64,000 nt of DNA, taken from assembly GCA_951406725.2 (NCBI GenBank), contig OX597815.1, forward strand, positions 146,258,001 through 146,322,000, read 5' to 3'. The DNA is from Octopus vulgaris. Taxonomy: Eukaryota. The position numbers and the translations under genes are program-made. This document shows, one piece after another, positions 52,546 through 64,000 of this stretch. The notes beneath the pieces are model-generated. The model did no database searches. It was given only the letters and a program-made list of their open reading frames with translations, and was not told where the DNA came from. The stretch's first letter is position 1. Each line of letters starts with the position of its first letter.

Positions 52546-52681
52546 GTATGTACTGGAGGTCCATTTAATTCAAGGAACCAGATTAAATTCTCATCAGCTC
52601 TGATTTACGACGAAACTGTTAATTTACTGACAGTTCTACAACTAAGTTTTATCAATCTCCTGACCACCATGCTTGGTCCGC

Positions 52682-53235
52682 GACCTCTATACATCCCTTA
52701 TCTTTACATTCTTTTACACTTTTATCATGTTTTTATCAGGTTCTTTTACTTCTTTTACTATTATTTCCATTTCTATTTTTACTTTACAACCTTATGCCTT
52801 TACATTTATTTATATTTCTTTATATTTCTTTATACCCCCTTTACATCTCCTTACAACTCTTTATATTTTTATATTATTCTATACGTACATTTTTTATATT
52901 TTTTTATATATATTTTTTATCCCTCATCTATATACGTATTTATTTATTTACATTACCTCAACATCCAAGTTTCCTCATTCTACATTGAGAGAAGAAAGAG
53001 ATGGACGCTTCAATTCTATGCTGCTGCCGCATTATGTCGTACGTGAACGAGAGGATTTGCATCCCCAACCAAGAATTTTTGATGTAACACATGTCCTTGT
53101 GGAAGCTGTTGTGCGCGGCTGAAGAAGGCCACAAACATACATTATGCTTTGTTATAAATCTGTCTAATAAAGGCCCGAAACATATGTACCGCTGAATCCT
53201 TCGCCTCATGTTTTTATTTTTATTTTGATCAATTT
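52682..53235 (+). repeat. Right (sense) pseudo-LTR arm of PLE-1
   Basis: Inverted match to 49459-50056. Confidence 0.95.
53115..53192 (+). ncRNA. Minimal type I hammerhead ribozyme (sense pLTR copy); predicted cleavage after A53188
   Basis: Stem I GCGG/CCGC, CTGAAGA, stem II GGCC/GGCC with a ~40-nt insertion, GAAA, palindromic CATATG stem III, GUA triplet. Confidence 0.8.
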
Positions 53236-53371
53236 ATGTATACATACATATATATATATATACACATACATATATACATACATACATATATATACATACA
53301 CATACATATATATAGATACATATATATATATACATACATATATATATATAGATACATATATAGATAGATAG

Positions 53372-53436
<65 letters not shown>

Positions 53437-53531
53437 TACATATGTGTGTGTGCATATACTTATGTATAAGAGATTCTAATTTGCTATATTCATATATACT
53501 CACATACAGATACATTTATGCATATATATAT

Positions 53532-53658
<127 letters not shown>

Positions 53659-53897
53659 TAAACATACATGCACATTTGGCGCTCGTTTTGTTGCTCGGCG
53701 ATACTGATTTGAAATTTCTCTCATGGGCGGAGAACAGAAAAGGAAAGTTAATTGCTATGTTTATTTTCCCTAGATACACTACATTAAATCATCAGCGGTC
53801 TTAGTGGAGCGATCTGCTGGCTTACAGCTGAAAGATACCATCACATACTATAATACTTCATAAACTATGTTTGACCACAGAGGATCTGTAGCTTTCA

Positions 53898-53969
<72 letters not shown>

Positions 53970-54399
53970 TTGTTAGACAGTAAAACCACAGAAGGTATCT
54001 GATTGATCCGTGGTGACCAAGCAATACTTTAGAATGAACAATATGTTGGCTATTGATTTACTATAGTTGTGTGCACCATTACGATATAGTAACGATATGG
54101 TTGACATACCGCTTCTGAATGTTTATAACAGGAAATGGGATTCACTCCTCCCTCACACCTATCACAGTTTCGAGCCTTGTAAGCGAATGGCAAAAAAATT
54201 CTATTAGTATGCTTCTCCATTTCATACCAATTCTCATACGTATGTGTACGTCTATGGCCAAACATTTCAGGGCAGGCCAAACATTTCAGAAATTGATTTA
54301 CAAGAGATGATAATACTTGTGTCGATTCAAGCTTGAATTACAATTCACAAAACCTACCGTCGTCGCCGTACTCGCTTATTTCTCACATATGCAACGCGT

Positions 54400-54400
54400 T

Positions 54401-54455
<55 letters not shown>
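54400..54455. repeat. (CTA)n microsatellite
   Basis: Direct inspection. Confidence 0.95.
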
Positions 54456-54456
<1 letters not shown>

Positions 54457-54629
54457 GACTCAGTTGATTATAGTAGGTACTTAACTGCGGGTATTTAATT
54501 TTGAGGAACCCGAAAGGATGTAAAACAAAGGCCACTACGGTGGAATTTCAAATCAAAACGTAAAGAGCTGGGAGAAATGATACTAATCATTTTGTAATAA
54601 TGGTGATCATGACGAGCTCAATAATAATA

Positions 54630-54835
54630 ATCATTTCTAAGAGAGGCACAAAGCCTGGAATTTGTGGCGAGGGGACTAGACGATTATATTGACCTCAGTG
54701 TTTCACTGGTACTTAATTCATCGACCCCGATAGGATGAAAGGCAAAGTCAACCACGGCGGAATTTGAAATTAGAACGTAGCGACGGAAGAAATACCACTA
54801 AGTATTTCGTTCAGTGTGCTAACGATTCTAGCATT
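54630..54835 (-). mobile_element. Family C SINE, tail type 1
   Basis: GGCACAAAGCCTG...ACTGGTACTTAATT.ATCGACCCCGA.AGGATGAAAGGCAAAGTC. Confidence 0.85.
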
Positions 54836-55523
54836 GTTTCTGTTCTCTGCGTGTGTATACATTTATAGAGGCATATATATGTTTATGTACACACACACAC
54901 ACACACTATATATATATATGTTTATAGGGATTCAATTTTCTTTAATTCCAGTTTATATCTAATATGGCGGACGTTGATCACGAAATCTATTATGGTCCTA
55001 ACCACCCTATGGAGGCTGGTATAAATTACTTCCTCCAGTGTTTCCACTCGGTTTACAAAACTATGCGATGTGACCACTTCTAATAATTTGAGAAGATATT
55101 TAATAACTTCGGATATCTATGATTAGTAATGATACCGTTAAATGTACCAGTTGGTCTTGCAAAGCCATACATTGCGATTAATGACTTTCCTGATAGGTAT
55201 ATGTATTTTATACTTATAGCGATAGCGAAGATATGATTGTACACACACGATCGTTTTTCAATTAAGGATGGTTCACTTTTATGTTTTCCATGTTAAGGCA
55301 ATAAATATATACAGCTGCTTTCATATACACCCACTCTGTCTTTCTGTCTCTCTCTCTCTTTCCTTCTTCCTTTCTTTCTTTCTCCTTATTCTTATTAGTA
55401 TTTAACTGATACCAACTATCGTTTCTTAAAAACATTCCGAATTTTAAATATAATCACGTCTCTTTCACTATATTTCTATATACCCTATTTTCTATCGTTG
55501 TGTAAGCACATACACATATCAAT

Positions 55524-55562
<39 letters not shown>

Positions 55563-58500
55563 GTGTGTGTGTGTTAATATGTCACACAGTATGTAGTATA
55601 CTATGGTCTATAGTACATTAGTACTACACAAGAACATTACTCCCTTTAACTCTATCATTTGAATGAGTATATGTGCGTGTGTTTTTTTGCGTGTGTCTGT
55701 CTGTGTGTGTGTTTAGAATGGAGTAAAAGGATATTTCCAAGTCTTTCTGATCACAAATTCGGAATCGTTCAACAAACGCAACGCCTTGGTTTATAACCAG
55801 GTTTTTTTTTTTGGTGGTGGTGGGGCTGCTTATGTTAATAATGGTTGCATTATCCTAATATGTTCGTATTGGTTGCGACTATATTGAATGGTAACTATTG
55901 AAACGGGGAATAGCAAACATACAACCATTGCACGTCTAACAATGTGTTGTGTCCGGCATTTTGCTAAGCGTGTATTTGTAATGATTGGTAGCATTCGTGT
56001 AATCCAGAAAAAACAACGTTGTTAACAGCATTATTAAATATCTCTTACAACAAAACACACCACCAGAACGACAAATATTTAGTCTGCAAATAATGCATAA
56101 TCCGTGTTGTAAAATCAAAGAAATCCAAACCCCTTCACCCACCTCCAAAAAAAAAAAAATGAAAAATCAATTCCTTTTTTACATAAAGAAATGGTTCATG
56201 AACCTTAATACATTATTTCATTTTTGCCTTTGAAAATGAAAAATAAAAAATGAAATAAAATACGAATTTCTTGTTTAAATATTAACTTCATTGTTTGCTA
56301 ATGAAATATTGATTGTTTTGCTTGCTGTAGGAACGATTTCCAACGCATTCATTTATTACAATTTTTTTGCCAATTCCTTATTTGGAAGTGATATTTGCAT
56401 AGATATAATACATTAAGAGAGAACTACTACATACACCACTGTAATCAGAGTCAAGGATTGTAGTTAAACCTCATCTCTCTTTGGCTCTTTATTGTAGTAT
56501 TGGGAATCAAAAGAGACTGCGCTGTAGTTTTGAATCGCTATTGAAATGCTAAACTCGAAACAAATACACAAATGTATAATAGGCGCGTGCTAAAAACCAT
56601 TTGGACTCTACCGCTTTGTAATCTGTTAATCATTAGGAAATGGTATCACAGTATATGTGTAATAAATGAAAGGCGCTCTGAGTGGGAGTACAGAGCCTTA
56701 AAGTTTATACTCTCTGTATCAGAAATAAATATGTCATATCTAATGTATCTAAATTTAACAATAAATATCGTTCACAGCCTCATGTGCAAGATTGTAATGC
56801 AGTTGACTTATTTCCAAGTATCTTATTTATATATTTGCCTAAAGACCCCAGAATGAGGCAAAGCTATTTCGGATATGGTTTCTATCATTCAGTCGGGAAT
56901 TGAAGAGTCAATAATTTACATATACTAGTATCTGACTTTGTAATGCGTTTTTAACACATGATGTCTACAAGGCATTGGTGAGTTTAAAGGACCACGCAGT
57001 GAGACTGAACTCGAAGACACTTGGATATGATTACGAGCTGATGCACCCCTCTCTCTCTCTCTCTCTCTGTATATATATATGGTTAGAGTGCAGCATTGTT
57101 GTGATACTTGTTTCAATACCACGTGATTAGAAGCTGACTCTAACAAACAAAGAAAAAAACATTGTGTAATAAAACCTGTTCTTTCTTGATACTTTCCACT
57201 ACAACTCTTTTTTTAAACAACACATTGCCTTCCTCGTTATTGGTCAGTTCTGAATGCTGAGCATTGGGATTGAACTCGTAACCACGCTGTTACGAATTGA
57301 TTCTAAAAACAGTTATTTGTAATATAACATATTCTTTTCACACTTCTGCTACTGCAATTTTGTTTTTTAAATATCAAATCCTCTCCGAAGGCATTGATGC
57401 ATTGTTAAAATGAACCATAAATCATGTGATATCGAACTGATTGAAAAAAGCAAATATTTACAAGAGTTTATTTTTTCTGGACCCATTCTGCTGTTTTTTC
57501 TTAAATATCAAAGTATTTGGTTCGCTCAGCGTATCTACAGAGAGAGAACTAGACACCACACGGGCGCAAAATTGATAATGACAAGAGGTACTGAGTATTC
57601 TTCCTGCTCCACTCCCTTCATTTTCCTTTTAATCAAATACAATTTTTTGCAAGATATTGACCAACATTCAATGAAACCTGATCAAAACCATGTGGTTAAG
57701 AAATGATTTTAAAAATAAAGTTGTTTGCGATAAAGGCTGTTCTTTCTTTTTACACCCTTCAATATATTTTCTTGAACACCATATTCTCTCAAAAAGTATT
57801 GAACGGCTCAGATGCTGCACTGTACAACCAAGGCGAAAAAAACTTTTGTGTATTCTCTTGTATGTGATAAACTTATATTTCTTTTACTAGGCTCTGGCCG
57901 TCTGTGGGTGCCGCGCAACTATCCTGAACCTAAAGCTTTCTGGTTGCAAACAGATTGTTTAAAACACTACTCGCAACATATTCTATTGTTCTTGCTCTCC
58001 TCGCCACCTACATTCTTTTTTAAACATCCACAAATCCGACGCATGTCGCACGAAAAGAAGCAAGAAGTTTGTATTTCCACTATTTTTCACACATTTTTTT
58101 TTACTCATTTTATTTCATTTGCTATATTCCCTAAATGCAAAAAACAAAAAAAAATCACTATTCTTTTTTTCCTCTAAAAACATTTTAAACTTATTTTATT
58201 TACATATTTGATTAGATAAATTAATTTTTTCAAAATCCATTTGACAATCGTGTAATACTGACATATTCTTTCCCTATTCTTTGAAAAGATTCTTTTCCAA
58301 TTATTATTCACAAAGAAATATTTATATAATTTTCCATATACATTTGCTTACATGAAAATGTACCTTAATTCGTGTATCATTAAACTATCGACCAACGTTT
58401 ATTTTCAAAGAGTATGTAAAAGTGGAAATGGTAAGTTCTACATTTCCCTAATGGTCAGGAATATTTATCCTCTGGTCAGTGTTAAAGAAGAAGACCTATA

Positions 58501-59744
58501 TTCAAAGCCATTTAAAAAATAATCCTGCTATAAACTCCACCGGCATGTGCATATCAGAAAATTCTGCCCAATGTTATTTTCTTTATGTGACTTTGGGTTA
58601 TTATTTGAGGGAGATTTGACAATTATGATTACCAAATGGCTCGAGCGAAAAGAGCTTCCACCGTTATCTCAGGTATATTAACAGATAAATCTGACATGAC
58701 AATATAAACCGTTTTGTCAAGTTTATAATGTGTTGACAAATGTTTGGATTATGTGAGAGAAACCATCGGCAAATAATCTCTCGTAGTTAATACAAATTTT
58801 AATTGAAAATAACTCGGGATGGAAGCAAACACTTCTGGTTTACTAAGAATATTAGCAAGACTATCGGAGATTAAATATTGCATCGACAAAGCTCTCTAAT
58901 GTGGTGGGATTAGTTACACGATAGAAAGCAAGCTAAATGTTCAGTAAACAAAAACATGGAAACTTCATTTTTGATACGAAACACTGATACGGGATTATTC
59001 TCTCTCACACTATTGCTTTTCACATCCACACACAGCTGCTAAAACACGGTGAAAACATTGTATACATATCTGATTGATGCTCTCGAAATAAAAAAAAACT
59101 TGGCGTTCTTTCGAGCTTGGAATCATTAGATACATAGAAATAAAAAAAATTATAGGTAAAAGCGAATGGAGAAAAAGTGTAAAGATGAGAATTAAAAACG
59201 AACACATTGAGATCAAAACAGTGGAACTTTTTCTTACTTTTCTTTTCATCTAATGTAAGGGCTATATTCATGAACTTTATATCATTGGATTTTAGCTTTC
59301 TTGTTTGCACTGTCATGGCCTACCGTGGGAATATACTTATAGACTTTGCTGTCTCGCTCTCTGTGAGTATATATGTATAGTTACGCATTTATATAAAAGC
59401 CTTCATATAAGATGCATGTTATTACTTGTGTAATAACTTTGTATAACTGATGCATTAAACACGAATGAAAGAAAGATTTCAACACTGCTAATAGACTAAG
59501 GTATATAATAGTAAGTTCTCTCAAAAGTCCTGAGAAGCTAAATTTAACGGCAAAACTCCAAAGTACACGCAATTATTAATTATACATTCTGAGACCAAGT
59601 CTAGCTGTCAAAAGCTTAGCTTTCCTCAACTATCTCCTTCATCTCAAAATTGCTGGCATTGTGCTAAAATTTGATACAATATTATGTCGAACAAGCAGTA
59701 TCGTTGCGCGTCGAAAAAGGTTAATGGTATATTTTTTCTGGACA

Positions 59745-59977
59745 AAGGCGGCGAGCTGGCAGAAACGTTAGCACGCCGGGCGAAATGCTTAGCGGTATTT
59801 CGTCTGCCGCTACGTTGTGAGTTCAAATTCCGCCGAGGTCGACTTTGCCTTTCATCCTTTCGGGGTCGATAAATTAAGTACCAGTTACGCACTGGGGTCG
59901 ATGTAATCGACTTAATCCGTTTGTCTGTCCTTGTTTGTCCCCTCTATGTTTAGCCCCTTGTGGGTAATAGAGAAATA
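59745..59977 (+). mobile_element. Young full-length family C SINE (tail type 2) with a perfect 19-bp TSD, inserted inside an old family C SINE
   Basis: GGTATATTTTTTCTGGACA at 59726-59744 and 59978-59996; the rejoined flanks read as a degenerate SINE (GCAGTATCGTT...CTGAGTTTAAATC...TTCATCCTTTCGAGGTCGATAAAATAA). Confidence 0.92.
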
Positions 59978-61159
59978 GGTATATTTTTTCTGGACATTTA
60001 TGCTGAGTTTAAATCAAAATGTGGCCAGAAATGCCGTTCATCCTTTCGAGGTCGATAAAATAAAATACATATATCATTGACATCGACTTTTCTTTTCCGC
60101 TATAAATATTCTGCCACAATTATTAATTTTATTAACCCATTTTAACACTCAGTCCCCGTTTGAGGACAGTTGTATTTGGTTTATTTACTGCAATAAAGGT
60201 TACCTAGACACTTCCGTATGTTTGTTATCCCTACTTATATAACTATCTTCAAAATTTTGACAGGGTTAACCTGGGTTAATGTAGCGCCTTGGCAGAACCC
60301 ATCCCTTTTACGATCTTGTTTCAAACCACACCGAAGTCATCTATGCTTTTATCCTTTCTGGGTCGTTAAAAATAAAGTACCAGTTAAGTACTCAAGTCGA
60401 GAGTTACCGACTTGCCATCTACCTTAATATTGCTTGCCTGAAGCCAAAACGTTCAAGAATTGTTATAAACATTTGTTATTTATACAGCAGGAAAGAATTA
60501 TATAACAAATCTTAAGTAATAATAGACGTAAAACTTATTTAAGTTTACGAATAAAAAAATATTAAAATAATCGTTATATCAGCCATAAAGCAAGCAAGAA
60601 ATATAAATATAGAGAGAAGATATACAAAATAACTGTGTGGCTTCGTTTGCTAATACTAGGCTTCAGACATTTAAGTAGCGTCACTCATATTAAGAAGCAA
60701 TGCAATTTTCATTTTTTATAAAAAGCATATAGGCTGAAATGTGTGTGTATAAAAATGTACAGTTCGACATTTTGTTCTAGAAGCGATATTTCTGTTAGTC
60801 TTCTGCAGACTCATCTTAATTATTTCAATTTTTTACTATCATAATTTATTGCAATGCTATCGACTTAGAGTGTCTATGCGTGTGAACACACGCGCGCACA
60901 TATAAACTTATATTGTGAGTGCATACATGTGTTTATACGCATGCACATAAACTTTCTCTCTCTCTCTCATATATATATACACATACAAATTATTGTAATA
61001 ATGCTAGTCAGTTGAAATGAGGGGAATGTTCTTTTGTTTCTTTATATTCTGGTAGTAAAAGTAACATTTCCTGTATCACTGAAAATATATATAATGGTGG
61101 GTATTATAGTTTTTATACTTTGATAGTCGTCTGAATGCTTCTGGGTTACTACAATGCAA

Positions 61160-61517
61160 ATATCCTTTTCTACTCTAGGCAGAAGGCCCGAAAGTTTTGG
61201 GGAAGGGGCCAGTCAACTGGTACTTAATTTATCGACCCCGAAAAGATGAAAGGCAGAGTCGACCTCGGTGGAATTTGAACTCAGAACGTAGCGGCAGACG
61301 AAATACTTTACTACCCACAAGGGGCTAAACACAGAGAGGACAAACAAGGACAGACAAACGGGTTAAGTCGATTATATCGACCCCAATGCGTAACTGGTCC
61401 TTGATTTATCGACCCCGAAAGGATGAAAGGCAAAGTCGACCTCGGCGGAATTTGAACTCAGAATGTAGCGGCAGACGAAATACCGCTAAGCATTTCACCC
61501 AGCGTGCTAACATTTCT
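61160..61517 (-). mobile_element. Nested family C SINEs; the head of the inner copy continues at 63029-63052
   Basis: Tail-1 copy 61160-61305 is interrupted by tail-2 copy 61306-61517. Confidence 0.85.
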
Positions 61518-63028
61518 TCATTCTTTATTGCACACCAAGGGGCCTACATAGAGGGGACAACACATCACATGTGGGGTCACAGAGCGACAATTAAAAAAAA
61601 ACAACGTATGACAATAATGAATGATAACATGGAAATGAATAAATGGAATGGGTCCACTGAGTCCCACTTCTGGACGACCTCATTTCTACCCTTTATCACA
61701 TTTTGTACCCCGTTCTTTCTAGAATGTCAACCCCATATAGTTCTAGTGTCTCCTGGTACGTCGAAAATCCCAGTACCTCCTTCCTATCCATCTCTATCTC
61801 CCACCACCTATATCCACTTTTTATGTTTCAGTACTCTCACCAACTGTTCCTCCGTGGGTAGCACACAACGGTGCGGCGTCTTAACATTATCAAACATTTC
61901 TATTCCATCCAAATTCAGTATTTCTTTACACAAATCCTCGTTTGAATCGTCAATCATAATTACTGGACATGTCTTTTTGTCTGAGGGGAAGGGGTTTGAG
62001 ATTTCTTGTGTTTTTTGGGGTTTTTTTCGTGTCGGAGGGGATGGTTAGGCTCGGTGTCGGTGCTGGAAGAGAGGGTCTCAGAAAGTATGGGTAGGATTGG
62101 TGTGGGTTGTCTGACCTGCTTCCTTTCTCTTCCTCTGTTTTTTTTAAATTTTTGTCTTGGTTCGTTGTCGTTTATTTGTATTTTCTCCTCCCCTTCTCTG
62201 GTTCTTTCCTGACTTCTTGATTTTTCTCATTCGCAGAAAAGCAGTCCACTCTAACGTGGCCCTTTTTTCCACGTTTGAAACATCGAGGGATTCTGCCCTC
62301 CATCCTGACTCTTACCGCATCTCCAGCTGTTACTTTTTCCACCATGTTTTCTGGGTTTTCCGTTGAACTTTGTATAATTAGAACCAACGTTTGTCCTTTC
62401 CAGTTGGTTGTTTTTGTTTTCGTAGCTTGGAGAAGGACTATTTCCTCTTCGCTGCCTAGAAGTATAGCCGCCGCTACCCAAGCCACATCTATTTCGGGTG
62501 GGAATCCCTCTACCCTAATACTAGAAGCTATTCTTCCAAGGTATGTGAGTAGGAGGACCACACTGTCCGTCCTTAACGGGGTTGCCGAGTGTTGCTTTGC
62601 CTTCGCTGCCTTTTTAAAGTGAACCACCACTGTTCCATATCGACTTCTGGCAAGATATAACATATCTTGCCAGATTGACTTCAAGGCTTTTTCAATTTTC
62701 TCCGTTGATACAATTTCAATTCTCTATCTGCTACAGAATATACTTTGTACTCAATAGTCCTTTCCTGCATATGTTTTATTACGGCAATTTACGTACCCCA
62801 CTTCTCGGTGTACCATCTTCTCATAACTTTGCAACATTGACAGATCTACCTCCTTATTCGCCACTTCAAACGAGGAGAGAAAGCACAAACAAATTGCTGC
62901 AGAATAGCACAAAACAATTAACGAAGTGTTTAAAACACTGATACAAAAACAAAACGATGTTAACACTCTGAAAATACCGTAAAAAATGACTCACGTATAC
63001 CTTGGAAAAACATCCGGAAGCATACTGG
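61518..63028 (-). mobile_element. Non-autonomous L1/Tx1-like element retaining a degenerate gag-like ORF1 (zinc knuckle), inserted in a SINE head
   Basis: RVRMEGRIPRCFKRGKKGHVRVDC (CX2CX4HX4C with one C>R change); TSD CATTTCT/CGTTTCT; 5' end contains CTTCCGG; no RT visible. Confidence 0.75.
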
Positions 63029-63109
63029 CGTTTCTGCCAGTTCACCGCCTTCCACAATGCAAATATGACGAAAGGGAATTAAGCAGTGTGTGAGCAATGG
63101 CAGTAATAA

Positions 63110-63780
63110 GGATTTGACATTTTGGCACAAGGCCAATAATTTCAGGGTAGGGGGTAAATCTAAAGTTTGTGACAATGATGACAGAAAACCTAGGCAGAAT
63201 TTGAACTCAGAACATAAAGACACACGAAATGCTGTTATGCGTTTTGCCCGGCGTGCTAAAGATTTTGTCAAATTACCGCCTATAATAATATTGATTTCAA
63301 AAGGCGAGCAATTTTGGGTGAGGGGTAAGTCGATTCCAGTAATCGGCTCAACTATCGCGGGTGTAACGTTCCAGAACACCACGCGATAGGTGAAAATCCG
63401 CGAAGTAGAAACAATACTGTACTATATATTTTTTTAAAATTATTACACCAGGTGGTGCTATTAAGTTAGACATGGCCTGGGCCAATAATGGCCGAAACCT
63501 ATCAAAGTATCAAAGTATCAAAGTATTACTTCCGCCTTTGCTAAAGTAGCATTTCACAACAATAACAAGGGTTTTAAGTTTTAGGAACAGAGCGGCAATT
63601 TCGATGGGAGTGTTTTAGTCGAAAGCATTGACCCTAGTTGCAGGACTGGTACTTAACTTTATTAAATGGGTCAAATGATAAACTGACTCCTGGCGGAATT
63701 TGAAATCAGAACGTAATGAGTCGGAAGAAAATCTGCTAGAGATTTTGTCCAACGCTCTAACGATTCTGCCAGCGCTCGGA
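63110..63780 (-). mobile_element. Degenerate family C SINE copies (63110-63285, 63570-63780) flanking a possible Tigger/pogo-type MITE end (about 63337-63430)
   Basis: GGAATTTGAA.TCAGAAC motifs; CAGTAATC...TATCGCGG...CGCGATAG...AATCCGCGAA. Confidence 0.6.
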
Positions 63781-64000
63781 ATAAGAATAACTAATTAAAA
63801 ATCGGAAATATTCTGCTCTTACTTCTCAATATACAATAACTTTTCTGATTCATTTCAATTGCATTTAAAGCAAACTTTACCAGAAGATAACACGAACTAA
63901 CGGACTGCAAGACTGTTGGACAAAATATTACCTTCACAGACAAAATTCTTCCAATTTTATAGTAACGAGTGTTAAAGTAAAGAAAGAAATGAAGACAACA

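Larger units (their letters stand above)
49370..53235 (+). mobile_element. Penelope-like retroelement (PLE-1, possibly Nematis-like), 5'-truncated with an inverted pseudo-LTR, embedded in (TA)/(TACA)n
   Basis: RT plus GIY-YIG ORF; 49459-50056 is the reverse complement of 52682-53235; both ends abut microsatellite. Confidence 0.92.

Noticed and set aside
52590-52650. CTGATTTACGACGAAACTGTT...ACAGTTC as a second hammerhead in PLE-1
   Set aside because: No CUGANGA and no stem II; only a GAAAC-initiated hairpin
59644-59892. Recurrent ORFs such as RNWYLIYRPRKDERQSRPRR and ELAETLARRAKC
   Set aside because: Translations of family C SINE copies, not genes
63470-63530. CTG-GGCCA-ATAA-TGGCC-GAAAC hammerhead-like hairpin
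   Set aside because: The ANGA part of the core is missing and there is no convincing stem I or III; at best a deleted relic

Overview
AT-rich, microsatellite-saturated animal DNA. The tRNA-derived SINE families and (TA)n/(TACA)n arrays resemble coleoid cephalopod (Octopus-like) sequence; this is inferred from repeat content only. The window is almost entirely intronic or intergenic, and most ORF-track entries (YI/HT/CV repeats) are microsatellite artefacts. Real content: (1) two Penelope-like retroelements (PLEs; RT C-terminus plus C-terminal GIY-YIG), one with an uninterrupted 488-aa ORF bracketed by about 0.55-0.6 kb inverted pseudo-LTRs; (2) up to seven hammerhead-ribozyme-like motifs, in PLE 3' regions or in short (TA)n-embedded elements; (3) a 1.5-kb ORF1-only L1/Tx1-like element inserted in a SINE head and sharing its 3' tail with a SINE subfamily that also nests into SINEs; (4) mariner DD34D, maT DD37D and rosa-like relics, plus CR1, RTE and R4/Dong LINE fragments and Helentron-type short elements; (5) four small phase-compatible candidate exons of an unidentified + strand host gene in the first 3.2 kb. 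All structures were read by eye; no folding or database searches were run.
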